From NCBI GenBank assembly GCA_028279765.1, contig JANQND010000002.1, positions 28,784 to 92,783 of the forward strand: a stretch of DNA of 64,000 bases. The letters run 5' to 3'. Shown here in pieces: positions 1 to 9,254 of the stretch. The translations under genes were made by a program, and so were the position numbers. The notes beneath the pieces are model-generated. The model made no database searches. It was not told the DNA's origin and worked only from the letters and a program-made list of their open reading frames with translations. This DNA comes from Candidatus Nanoarchaeia archaeon. Lineage in GTDB: Archaea; Nanobdellota; Nanobdellia; Woesearchaeales; WJIZ01. Position 1 is the stretch's first letter, and each line of letters begins with the position of its first letter.

Positions 1-70
1 AACCGGGGAAACTTAGAGGTGAGAATTAAAACCTTCAGTTTTTTCATGCAGAATCTAACGGAATACTTGT

Positions 71-1006
71 TTATAAAACTTCTTTAAAATAGTCGATGGT
101 GTCTTTCAGTCCCTGTTCAAGCTCAATGTTAGGCCGCCAGTTAAGCTTTTCATTTGCCAAACGAATATCAGGCTTCCGCATGATAGGATCATCCTTAGGC
201 AGTTCTCTAAATCCAATCTTTATTGAAGATCCAGTAAGTTCAATAACTTTCTCTGCAAGTTCAAGAACAGTAAATTCATGCGGGTTTCCCAAATTGATAG
301 GTCCGGTAATTCCCTCCTTGTTCATCATGGAAACTATGCCTTCAACAAGGTCAGAAACATAACAGAAGCTTCGCGTTTGCCTCCCATCTCCATATGCTGT
401 AATATCTTCACCCTTGAGTGCCTGGACAATAAAATTAGAAACCACGCGTCCGTCATTCGATGCCATCCGTGGCCCATAAGTGTTAAAAATTCGTATGACA
501 CGAATATCAACATCATGCTGCCGGTGATAGTCAAACATCAGTGTCTCTGCACATCGCTTTCCCTCATCGTAACATGCACGAATGCCAATAGGGTTTACGT
601 TTCCCCGATATGATTCTGTCTGCGGGTGCTCCAGTGGATCACCATATACTTCGGAAGTGGATGCCTGAAGAATTCGTGCGTTATGCTTGAGGGCCATGCC
701 AAGCATATTCGTTGTCCCCAAAACATTTGCCTTAATGGTTCGAATAGCATTATATTGATAGTGGACCGGAGATGCCGGGCAGGCAAGATTATAGATCTGG
801 TCGATCTTTTCATTGTCAATAAAGAGCGGATTGATAATGTCATGCTCGATTAATCTGAAATTCGGGTTCTTCATCAGGTGTTCAATATTCTTTTTTGTTC
901 CCGTAAAGAAATTATCAACACAAATTACTCTGTTTTTCTCAATTAATGCATCACAAAGATGGCTTCCTAGAAAGCCTGCTCCTCCTGTTACAACGATGGT
1001 TTTCAT
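71..1006 (-). CDS. uxs: UDP-glucuronate decarboxylase (UDP-xylose synthase), extended SDR
   Basis: GGAGFLG Rossmann motif; [20 protein letters not shown] and YDEGKR motifs typical of UXS. Confidence 0.92.
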   Translation of the reverse strand: MKTIVVTGGAGFLGSHLCDALIEKNRVICVDNFFTGTKKNIEHLMKNPNFRLIEHDIINPLFIDNEKIDQIYNLACPASPVHYQYNAIRTIKANVLGTTNMLGMALKHNARILQASTSEVYGDPLEHPQTESYRGNVNPIGIRACYDEGKRCAETLMFDYHRQHDVDIRVIRIFNTYGPRMASNDGRVVSNFIVQALKGEDITAYGDGRQTRSFCYVSDLVEGIVSMMNKEGITGPINLGNPHEFTVLELAEKVIELTGSSIKIGFRELPKDDPIMRKPDIRLANEKLNWRPNIELEQGLKDTIDYFKEVL

Positions 1007-1743
1007 GGGGTAAATTCTTTTCTTGCCTTTTCTAATTGCTCAAGTGATCCGATATCAAACCAGTTTTTATCGCTGACATAACAATACACCTCTTCCTTAT
1101 TGTAGAGCCATTCCAGGAAATTTCCGGCTTTATCAGCATCATGGTTTTTGGTAAATACAATCAGTTCCTGGATTGTTTTTTGAGGATACACATAGATCCC
1201 CGTTGAAGAGAGAGTAGATCTCGGCTGGTCTGGTTTTTCCTCAAAGTCGCTAATCTTGCTCTCCTCATCAATCGAAACAATGCCATATAACTTTGCAAGC
1301 TCAATATCCTTGACATCATAGAGCGCAACCACTGACCTTCCTTTTTGCCTGAACAAATCAACCATGGGTTCAAGAGAAAATTCAAACAGGTTATCCCCTG
1401 CAATAACCATGACATCATCCTCTATCTGCATATTCTCAACGACGAATCGAATGTCACCAAGAGACCCCAATCGATCGTCATTAGACATGGTTTTATCATT
1501 AACAATGGTTACTGGTTTACTGCACTCAAACCCCGCGTTCCAGTCCAGGAAATGGGTAAAGAATTTATTATTGGTCACCACGTAAATAGTGTCAACCTCA
1601 TCAGCAGCCTCAATTTTCTTTATAATGTGCTCAATGATGGGCTTGTCCTTCACGTCCAGCAATGGCTTAGGTTTATCCTTTGTAAGGGGATAGAGTCGGG
1701 TTGCATAGCCTGCGGCTAGGATTATTGCTTTAATGGTACTCAC
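1003..1743 (-). CDS. Sugar-1-phosphate nucleotidyltransferase (NTP_transferase family)
   Basis: [30 protein letters not shown] and WFDIG motifs; GTG start with GAGG upstream. Confidence 0.9.
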   Translation of the reverse strand: MSTIKAIILAAGYATRLYPLTKDKPKPLLDVKDKPIIEHIIKKIEAADEVDTIYVVTNNKFFTHFLDWNAGFECSKPVTIVNDKTMSNDDRLGSLGDIRFVVENMQIEDDVMVIAGDNLFEFSLEPMVDLFRQKGRSVVALYDVKDIELAKLYGIVSIDEESKISDFEEKPDQPRSTLSSTGIYVYPQKTIQELIVFTKNHDADKAGNFLEWLYNKEEVYCYVSDKNWFDIGSLEQLEKARKEFTP

Positions 1744-1824
1744 CTCTGTTTGTTCATAAAGTAAAGGTCACGGCAGCAAAATAAAGTGCAGGAAGATAGG
1801 CAAATAAAGAGCAAGAAAAGCTAG

Positions 1825-3129
1825 TTATACTCCTCTTCCTACTCCCTTGTATGCAAAGCCTGCTTGCTTCATTTCTTCAGGATCGTAAACATTTCTCCCA
1901 TCCATGATGTTGGGGTGTGCCATCAACGATTTCATCTTTTCCTTATCGAGGTTTCTGAATTCGTTCCACTCCGTTACAATAACCAAAAGATCAGCATCTG
2001 CAAGGGCATCATAGGGAGTTTTTGCAAAGGAAACATCATTTATTATTCGCTTAGCTGTCTCTTCTGCTTCCGGGTCAAAAGCGACAATGTGAGCTCCTTC
2101 TTTTTGTAGCTGATCAATCACCACCAGGGAAGGCGCCTCGCGCATATCATCGGTTTTGGGCTTAAAGGATAGTCCCCAGACAGCAACTTTTTTGTCCTTG
2201 AGATCCGGCACTAATTCTTTAATTTTGGGAAGCAGTGATCGTTTCTGGTCGTGGTTGACCGTCTCCACAGCCTCCAGGATCAATCCGTTTACCCCGTTTG
2301 CTTTCATAGTTTCGCGAAAAGCATTTACATCTTTAGGAAAGCAGCTTCCGCCATATCCGGCGCCTGCCTGAAGGAATCGGGGGCCAATGCGATTGTCAAG
2401 GCCCATTCCCTTTGCAACCATTTTCACGTCAGCACCCACCTTTTCACAGAGCTGGGCTACCTCATTCATAAAGGAAATTCTGGTTGCAAGCATAGCATTG
2501 CTTGCATACTTGATCATTTCTGCGCTTTTCACATCAGTAAACAGGATAGGTTTGTCAACGCGTGCTATTCCTTTGTAGATCTCTTCAAGCACTTTTTTTG
2601 CTTTTTCAGAGGCTGTTCCTACGACAATGCGGTCAGGGTTGGTGAAGTCACCGATAGCCTCTCCCTCTCTCAGGAACTCAGGGTTAGATACCACATCAAA
2701 ATCAATCTCTTCTTTCTGATTTTCTTTAATGACCTGTGCAACCATATCCGCTGTTCCGACAGGGACAGTACTCTTATCAATAATGACCTTATAATCGTTC
2801 ATATGCTCTCCAATGGATTTTGCAACTGCCCTCACAAAAGAGAGGTCTGCTTCATGATTTTTGCCGGGAGGGGTGCCAACCGCAATGAAGATCGCCTTAG
2901 ATTTCTGGATCGCATCCTTGATATCGGTAGTAAATACTATTCTTCCCTCTGCACGGTTCCGTTTAAGCATATCTTCAAGCCCGGGCTCATAAATAGGGAC
3001 TCCTCCAGAATTGAGAAGGCTGATCTTTTTCTCGTCTACATCAACGCAAATAACTTCGTTTCCTAGGTCTGAAAGGCATGTTCCGGCAACAAGGCCAACA
3101 TATCCTGATCCAATAACTGCAATGTTCAT
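1825..3129 (-). CDS. ugd: UDP-glucose 6-dehydrogenase
   Basis: GSGYVG, NPEFLREG, GYGGSCFPKD (catalytic Cys) and FKPKTDDMRE; GGAGG ribosome-binding site. Confidence 0.95.
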   Translation of the reverse strand: MNIAVIGSGYVGLVAGTCLSDLGNEVICVDVDEKKISLLNSGGVPIYEPGLEDMLKRNRAEGRIVFTTDIKDAIQKSKAIFIAVGTPPGKNHEADLSFVRAVAKSIGEHMNDYKVIIDKSTVPVGTADMVAQVIKENQKEEIDFDVVSNPEFLREGEAIGDFTNPDRIVVGTASEKAKKVLEEIYKGIARVDKPILFTDVKSAEMIKYASNAMLATRISFMNEVAQLCEKVGADVKMVAKGMGLDNRIGPRFLQAGAGYGGSCFPKDVNAFRETMKANGVNGLILEAVETVNHDQKRSLLPKIKELVPDLKDKKVAVWGLSFKPKTDDMREAPSLVVIDQLQKEGAHIVAFDPEAEETAKRIINDVSFAKTPYDALADADLLVIVTEWNEFRNLDKEKMKSLMAHPNIMDGRNVYDPEEMKQAGFAYKGVGRGV

Positions 3130-3164
3130 TCATAAAACCTCCATCATTGTTTTTGGAGCACTGC

Positions 3165-3215
3165 TTTAAATATCTTACCCTTATCCTACTTTATCCGATA
3201 TATTTAAATACCTAC
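3165..3215. promoter_or_regulatory. Divergent promoter with tandem TATCYTAC-like direct repeats (putative RHH operator)
   Basis: TATCTTAC 3171-3178, TATCCTAC 3182-3189 and TATCCGAT 3192-3199, spaced 10-11 bp apart between two TTTAAATA boxes. Confidence 0.5.
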
Positions 3216-3232
3216 AGGAGAATAAAAGGGAA

Positions 3233-4030
3233 GTGAAGAAGAAAATATCCATCACTGTTGAGAATTCTCTCATAAAAGAAATTGATACTATCATTGACCA
3301 TATCTATATCCGAAACAGATCGCAGGCAATAGAGCACCTCATCAGTACAGCGCTCGGAGAAAACCGTACCGCTGTAATCATGGCAGGAGGAGATGAGGAA
3401 AAAATCAGGATCGGAAAAGAATTCCGTCCCACTATTCTGATTAAGAAGAAAAGCGTGATTGAGCGCGCAGTGGAAAAATTGCGCGGGTCCGGTTTTAAAA
3501 ATATCTATATTATTGCGCGCCAGGCTGTGCTCACAAAAATATTTGACATCCTTAGGGACGGGACAATCTATAGCGTAAAGATCAACTATATCGAGGAAAA
3601 AAAATCCAATGGGTCAGCAGACTCCCTGCGGCTCCTCAAGGGGAAGATTGACTCGGATTTTTTGGTCGTCTATGGAGATATTCTGTTCAGCAAAATCAAT
3701 CTTGACGAGTTATGGAACGACCATCTCAGGCATAATGCAGCAGCAACCATCATGATGACGACCTCTCCTCGGCCGTCCGAGAAAGGGACCTTAAAAGTCG
3801 AGGGAAATAAAGTGCTCACCTTTACCCAAAAGCCAAAAGAGTCAGATATTTATCTGGTGTTTTCGCCTATTTTTGTGGCCAGCAAAGAAATACTGGAATA
3901 TAGCGGGTCAAGCTTTGAAAAAGATGTGTTTCCTCAAATGGCATCAAGGAGCCTGCTCAATGGCCATTTTAGCTCGGAAAAAGAGACTCATATACACACA
4001 CTCAATGATGCAAAAAAGATGGAGAAGTGA
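3233..4030 (+). CDS. Ribbon-helix-helix (CopG/NikR-like) domain fused to a degenerate nucleotidyltransferase domain; putative regulator
   Basis: N-terminal KKISITVENSLIKEID...NRSQAIEHLI is an RHH pattern; it is followed by AVIMAGG...VVYGDILF (NTP_transferase fold) without the GxGTRL..PK motif. Confidence 0.75.
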   Translation: MKKKISITVENSLIKEIDTIIDHIYIRNRSQAIEHLISTALGENRTAVIMAGGDEEKIRIGKEFRPTILIKKKSVIERAVEKLRGSGFKNIYIIARQAVLTKIFDILRDGTIYSVKINYIEEKKSNGSADSLRLLKGKIDSDFLVVYGDILFSKINLDELWNDHLRHNAAATIMMTTSPRPSEKGTLKVEGNKVLTFTQKPKESDIYLVFSPIFVASKEILEYSGSSFEKDVFPQMASRSLLNGHFSSEKETHIHTLNDAKKMEK

Positions 4031-4038
4031 AAAAAAGG

Positions 4039-4151
4039 TGGACAGCTTTCTTGGTTTCCCGTACGGAAATACAGTACTGCCAAAAACGGAGACGTTCTTA
4101 ACTTCCGTGTTCGAAATGAGAACGGGTGAGCCACGTCCCTATGGCCGTCCA
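4039..4151 (-). rRNA. rrf: 5S ribosomal RNA (stand-alone)
   Basis: Minus strand reads UGGACGGCCAUAG...CACCCGUUCUCAUUUCGAACACGGAAGUUAAG...AGUACUG...GGGAAAC...GCUGUCCA; termini pair; TTTATAAA box upstream and T-tract downstream. Confidence 0.93.
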
Positions 4152-4215
4152 GAAGAAAGGAATAAAAAATCATTTATAAATGTGTCGGTAAAAGAAAGAG
4201 AAAAATGGTATCATC

Positions 4216-5148
4216 ATGAGAATTCGAAAACTTGCTATTAGTGCAGTCAGGTCCCTGCTCAGCATCATTCTCTTTAGCCTGATCCTCACAGCAACGACAG
4301 ACATCAGCCAGCAGGATGCGATTGGAAGCCTCTTTGGCCAGATCTACGACTTTGCGGATGGGAAGAGTAAGCAGGAAATGCTCGCTTCTTTTGGTGTTAT
4401 TTGCGAAAATGTACTAGATGATAAGACAGAGCAGATAGTGCAGTTCAAAGAACTCTGCCAGGATGATGATGCCCGCGCAAAAGTGCTGGAAAATTGCGAT
4501 AAATACAATACGATGCTGCAGACAGGGCAAATTGAGCCTGATCTCAATTTAGAAGAAATCTGCAGGCCGGATTTTTTTCGCACCCTGGAGGAGAACTGCA
4601 AAATCCTGGAGCAGGAGCCTGACCTGGAAATGAAAGGGATAGGAAACTCCTGCGAGCAGCACAAAAATAAGATTATCTCAGATAAAGAATTCTTCCAGCA
4701 AATCATTAACAATTTACCTGATCTTCCGCAGTTAAAAGTTCATCCTTCTTCCTCTGCACTCCTTTTCCTCTCTATTATCGCAGTGGTTCTCATTCTGATC
4801 CTGCTGGTACTGCATCAGGCAGATGCAAACGGGTTCTTCTTCACTATAGGGAGGATTTTGTTCAATCTGGGAATATTGTTCGCTATCACTTTTATCTTCC
4901 TGTATGCCTACACGCAGACAGCATCGATCGATACGTCACCTATTCTCAATGCCATGCTCAATCCCGATGCGGGTAATGCCATAGAGCAGGCAGTTCCCTC
5001 AGTAGTTGCGGTAGTACCATTCATCATGTGGGAATTTTTCAGTACGATCCATTTCATTGTCGCTGGATTGCTGATTATTATTGGACTGGCCATTAAGATC
5101 ATCTTCGGGCATCGAATAAAGAAAGAAAAGGAAATGAGGAGAGAATAA
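4216..5148 (+). CDS. Membrane protein with a Cys-patterned extracellular domain, function unknown
   Basis: N-terminal hydrophobic segment, 6 Cys in the soluble region, about 3 C-terminal TM helices. Confidence 0.6.
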   Translation: MRIRKLAISAVRSLLSIILFSLILTATTDISQQDAIGSLFGQIYDFADGKSKQEMLASFGVICENVLDDKTEQIVQFKELCQDDDARAKVLENCDKYNTMLQTGQIEPDLNLEEICRPDFFRTLEENCKILEQEPDLEMKGIGNSCEQHKNKIISDKEFFQQIINNLPDLPQLKVHPSSSALLFLSIIAVVLILILLVLHQADANGFFFTIGRILFNLGILFAITFIFLYAYTQTASIDTSPILNAMLNPDAGNAIEQAVPSVVAVVPFIMWEFFSTIHFIVAGLLIIIGLAIKIIFGHRIKKEKEMRRE

Positions 5149-5157
5149 TTCGCTTAA

Positions 5158-6423
5158 TTATCGAAGATGTGCAACAGTATAATTCCCTCCGTGTTCAGGA
5201 TGCATTTCTTTACTATCTTCAAAAGTAATAGGAGTATGATAGTCTTTACCACCAATATTTACGACGGTTTTATTTCTTAACAGAGATTTGCTGATTCGGT
5301 AAGCTGGGCTGGTTACAGACCTTGGAGCTCCAAAAAAATAGGGCATCTCAAGAGTATCACCTCCCTCAACTACAAAAACAGTGAGGCCTTCGAAAATTTC
5401 CTCTACTTCAGGTTTAGAAAGAACCTCTCCCTTGCCTTCCAAAGTAGCTAACTGTTGCCCTTTTGCCTCGCTAATAAGTGATTTTTCTTTTAGACGATCA
5501 AGCAGTTTTTGTGCATAGTCTAAACCAGTTCCATTATCTTTTGGTCTCAAGGGACCAACATTAGTAATGAATATTGCGTCTGGTCCATATCCTACTAGGA
5601 GCATGCGGTAGATAAAATCTAAAGAGGCAAAGGTGACTGCTTGGGCAAGACCCTTCTTTCTATAACCGTCTTTAGTGAGCCACCCTCCTAATTCTACAAT
5701 AGTAGTCGCGTTTTTCATAAGTTGAGCGCCACTAATCACTTCATACCCTCCCAAAGGAGTGAGGCGATATTTTGGTTTAGTGAAATTACTTCCATGCCAA
5801 GTCTTGGCATAGGCCCTACTAACAATTTGTCCAGTGCCTTTCTCCTCTGCAACAAAACCAACAATGCCCTTGACACCTGCCTGAAAAGTATAACCATGTT
5901 TCGTAAGTTTTTTCAGGGTTGGCACATCCAGTTGCTCGGTAAGTGCAGGGTCTGAAAAAGAGGCAACTTGCTTAAAGTCTTCTGAAGTCATTGCCCTGAT
6001 AAGAAAGTTTCCATGCTCAAACACAGGTAATTCAATTTGCTTTCGTTTAGCATTGATAACCAAAGATACTTTTCGTTTTAGTAAAACCTTTTCTTCTTCA
6101 ATAATCGAGATTGTTTGCTGCAACTCTGTATGAACTTCAGAGACCCATTCTTTCGAGCATTTTCCCCGGCCGAGGTGAGAAATAAGGTTATGAAGTAGTT
6201 TGATCTCTTTTTTAAAACGAGTAGGGTCAGTATTATACTGGGCATGGATCTTTTTGAGTACATGTTCAATTTTTTTAACTTCTTTTCTCAGGTTACTAAT
6301 TTTTCGCTGAACTTTTGCATCCCATAAATAACCCAAGTCACGTTTTACATACCCAAGGATTTGCTCCCAGAGTTCATGCATTTGTTGCTCGTCCTTTTCC
6401 AGCTCTCTTGTTTTAGAAGCCAT
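5158..6423 (-). CDS. Hypothetical protein: N-terminal helical region plus GNAT-like acetyltransferase domain
   Basis: 421-aa ORF with GGAG upstream; VELGGWLTKDGYRKKGLAQAV resembles GNAT motif A (R/QxxGxG/A). Confidence 0.5.
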   Translation of the reverse strand: MASKTRELEKDEQQMHELWEQILGYVKRDLGYLWDAKVQRKISNLRKEVKKIEHVLKKIHAQYNTDPTRFKKEIKLLHNLISHLGRGKCSKEWVSEVHTELQQTISIIEEEKVLLKRKVSLVINAKRKQIELPVFEHGNFLIRAMTSEDFKQVASFSDPALTEQLDVPTLKKLTKHGYTFQAGVKGIVGFVAEEKGTGQIVSRAYAKTWHGSNFTKPKYRLTPLGGYEVISGAQLMKNATTIVELGGWLTKDGYRKKGLAQAVTFASLDFIYRMLLVGYGPDAIFITNVGPLRPKDNGTGLDYAQKLLDRLKEKSLISEAKGQQLATLEGKGEVLSKPEVEEIFEGLTVFVVEGGDTLEMPYFFGAPRSVTSPAYRISKSLLRNKTVVNIGGKDYHTPITFEDSKEMHPEHGGNYTVAHLR

Positions 6424-6537
6424 ATAAATAAATCCTCTCCCGAGTCTTTAAATATTTTTTTGGAACAAGGATCAAATAAGAGGGGCCAGTAAATATGCCA
6501 TGAATATTTATTTAAACATTCCAGCATTTATACCTCC

Positions 6538-8058
6538 ATGGTCAATACCAGCACCGCTCTTAAATTCTACAAGAACCAGGAGATTCAGGAGGCTATGGCA
6601 GCAGCTGCGAAACACCGCGAGATTGCCATCAAATTCTCAGATAAAGGCTTTGGAAAGCGGCCGGATGCCATCTCCTACCCCGCAGAGATTATCTCCTTAG
6701 CAAAAGAAGGTGCAACCAGTTTCCACTCCTCCGAGGAGCTTTGGCAAAATCCTCTAAACATCAAAACCGGAATGAGTCAAAAAGAAGTAGAAAAACTACG
6801 CATCGGCTGGGATTTAATCATTGATATTGATGCACCGGTATGGGACATCTCAAGAGCTATCGCCTGGCTTATCATCAAGGCATTCAATGATTTCGGGATA
6901 TCCTCCACGTCTGTAAAATTCTCCGGCAACAAGGGGTTTCACATAGGTATTCCTTTCGAGGCATTTCCCACTGAGTATAAAGGGCAAAAAACCGCCCAGT
7001 TGTTCCCCCAGGCTCCAAGAAGCATTGCAAAATACCTGATTGAATACATTGCCGAGCAGTATATTGAAGTGCAGGATAACGAAATACTCATAGGGAAAGG
7101 ATGCGAGAAGCATTTCAAGGTCTCCTTCGAGAAATTAACAGAAATAACCGGAAAAAACAGAGAAGAGCTCACCAAACGAATGTATAGTGAGTGGGGGAAA
7201 GGAGAAGTTGAAGTCAAAGAGAAAAAAATCAAAGAAAGCATTATTTGTCCATATTGTGAGAAGATCAATCAGTACGAAGAAGGGGTTGATATGATCTCCT
7301 GCAGCAGCTGTAAAAAGCATATCAGGGTGGAGCGATCTAATGTAACTCAAGCCAGCTCTAACGTGCAGGAAGAAGCAAAAGTTCAGTTCAATGCGCTGGC
7401 AATCCTTGAAGTAGATACCATCCTTATTTCTTCACGCCATCTCTTCAGGATGCCGTACTCATTGCACGAGAAGTCCGGCTTAGTGTCACTGCCGTTTAAT
7501 CCTGAAAAGATTCTCGATTTCAAGAGAAAATTCGCTCATCCAGAAATTGTAAAGGCATCGAGGCACGTATTTTTAGATAGGACAAAAGCAAAGGGAGAAG
7601 CTACAGATCTTCTCGAGAAAGCAATGAGAGCAAGCGAGCAAACCGAGCGTAAAAGGGATCAGGGAAAACAAACCTTTGAAGAGATAGCAGATGCTATTCC
7701 TGAAACGCTCTTCCCACCATCTATTAAAAGAATACTCGAAGGGCTGGAAGATGGACGAAAGCGTGCCTTGTTCATATTGATCAATTTCCTCCAATACGTG
7801 GGCTGGAGTTATGATAAAATTGAACAGCGATTAAAAGAATGGAACCAAAAGAATGCTGAACCACTCAGAGAGACCGTATTAGTGGGTCAGTTGAGATACA
7901 GAAAGCAAAATAAGGAAAAAATCCTGCCGCCTAATTTTGATAATGACTACTATCAGAGTATTGGCATCACTCCAACAGATGAAGAAAAGCGCTATAAGAA
8001 CCCGGTAAAGTATTCTGTTATGATGGCAAAGAGAAAAGGAGGAAAGAAAGAAGCCTAA
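6538..8058 (+). CDS. priS: DNA primase, DPANN-type fused small and large subunit (PriS-PriL/PriX)
   Basis: WDLIIDID, KFSGNKGFH and RHLFRMPYSLH AEP motifs; C-terminal FPP.I..ILEGLEDGRKRALFIL PriL/PriX-like domain. Confidence 0.88.
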   Translation: MVNTSTALKFYKNQEIQEAMAAAAKHREIAIKFSDKGFGKRPDAISYPAEIISLAKEGATSFHSSEELWQNPLNIKTGMSQKEVEKLRIGWDLIIDIDAPVWDISRAIAWLIIKAFNDFGISSTSVKFSGNKGFHIGIPFEAFPTEYKGQKTAQLFPQAPRSIAKYLIEYIAEQYIEVQDNEILIGKGCEKHFKVSFEKLTEITGKNREELTKRMYSEWGKGEVEVKEKKIKESIICPYCEKINQYEEGVDMISCSSCKKHIRVERSNVTQASSNVQEEAKVQFNALAILEVDTILISSRHLFRMPYSLHEKSGLVSLPFNPEKILDFKRKFAHPEIVKASRHVFLDRTKAKGEATDLLEKAMRASEQTERKRDQGKQTFEEIADAIPETLFPPSIKRILEGLEDGRKRALFILINFLQYVGWSYDKIEQRLKEWNQKNAEPLRETVLVGQLRYRKQNKEKILPPNFDNDYYQSIGITPTDEEKRYKNPVKYSVMMAKRKGGKKEA

Positions 8059-8108
8059 ACCGCCAAATCCTCCCTTTTCACACTCCAGAACACTAAATAT
8101 GTAGAAAG

Positions 8109-8123
8109 CTTTATAAATGGCCC
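8109..8123 (+). promoter_or_regulatory. TATA-box promoter of the ribosomal protein superoperon
   Basis: CTTTATAAATGGCCC, identical to the element before L34e at 25140-25154. Confidence 0.65.
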
Positions 8124-8282
8124 TAAGTTCTTAAAATCTCCAAAAAGAGACAAAGATATCTAATACCATAGACATCTTGTAAACCAACGAGCCTGAAAAG
8201 AAAAACCTTTCCAGTACAGTTGACCTAATGTATAACTGTTTCTCAAGAGTGTTTTTCAGCAAAAGGCGTTTCGACATCAAAA

Positions 8283-9254
8283 ATGAAGAAAAGAAATCCG
8301 AGACATGGGAGTATGCAATTTTGGCCTAGAGTACGCGCTAAAAGAGCTCATGCTCGGGTCAGAACATGGCCTCAGGTAGGCCAGGGCATAAGCGGGTTTG
8401 CAGGATATAAAGTGGGTATGACTCATCTCAAAATCACTGATAATCGGTCCACCTCAAAGACCAAGGGCGAAGACATTTTTTGTCCGGCAACTATTATTGA
8501 ATGCCCGCCGCTCAAGGTCGCAGCGATCCGATTCTACAAAAACTCCACTTATGGTTCCCAGCCTCTTTCTCAAATTCTTCATTCAAAGCTCGACAAAGAA
8601 CTTGCTCATAACATCTCGCTTCCGAAAAAAGAAGCAAAAAAGATTGAAGACATCAAAGAATATGATGACATTACTCTCTTAGTATATACACAGCCAAAAA
8701 AGACGGGCATCGGAAAAAAGAAGCCTGAGCTCTTTGAGATCGGTATTGCAGGAAAACTTGATGAAAAACTCTCCTATGCACAGGAAAAACTGGGCAAAGA
8801 GATCGGTATCGAGGAAGTCTTCAAGGAAGGCGAGCAAATAGATATTCACGCAGTAACAACCGGTAAGGGTTTCCAGGGTCCTGTCAAACGATTCGGTATT
8901 TCGCTTACCTCTCATAAAGCAGAAAAAGCACGAAGAAATCCTGGATCACTGGGCGGCTGGAAATCCCAGGGGCATGTGATGTATCGGATTGCTCACGCAG
9001 GGCAGACCGGGTATCACCAGAGAACAGAATATAATAAGCATCTTCTCAAAATCGGAACCGATAGCAAGGAAGTAGAGCAAAAAGGCGGCTTCCTGCACTA
9101 TGGCATAATCAAAAATTCCTATATTGTAGTAAGAGGCTCTGTAGCAGGACCAAAAAAGCGATTAATCAAATTTAGTCATGCAGTACGTCCTAAAAAATCT
9201 ATTCCAAAAGAAGCGCCGGCTATTACATACATTAGCCAGAATTCAAAACAATGA
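8283..9254 (+). CDS. rpl3: 50S ribosomal protein uL3
   Basis: PRHGSMQFWPRVRA, GYKVGMTH and GKGFQGPVKRFG motifs. Confidence 0.97.
   Translation: MKKRNPRHGSMQFWPRVRAKRAHARVRTWPQVGQGISGFAGYKVGMTHLKITDNRSTSKTKGEDIFCPATIIECPPLKVAAIRFYKNSTYGSQPLSQILHSKLDKELAHNISLPKKEAKKIEDIKEYDDITLLVYTQPKKTGIGKKKPELFEIGIAGKLDEKLSYAQEKLGKEIGIEEVFKEGEQIDIHAVTTGKGFQGPVKRFGISLTSHKAEKARRNPGSLGGWKSQGHVMYRIAHAGQTGYHQRTEYNKHLLKIGTDSKEVEQKGGFLHYGIIKNSYIVVRGSVAGPKKRLIKFSHAVRPKKSIPKEAPAITYISQNSKQ

Noticed and set aside
2251-3066. 271-aa antisense ORF inside ugd, and a 227-aa one opposite aroC
   Set aside because: They lie opposite well-conserved enzymes and show no protein motifs or ribosome-binding sites
3873-4241. ORFs 3873-4241 (+) and 3988-4173 (-)
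   Set aside because: They overlap the 5S rRNA gene and adjacent real genes
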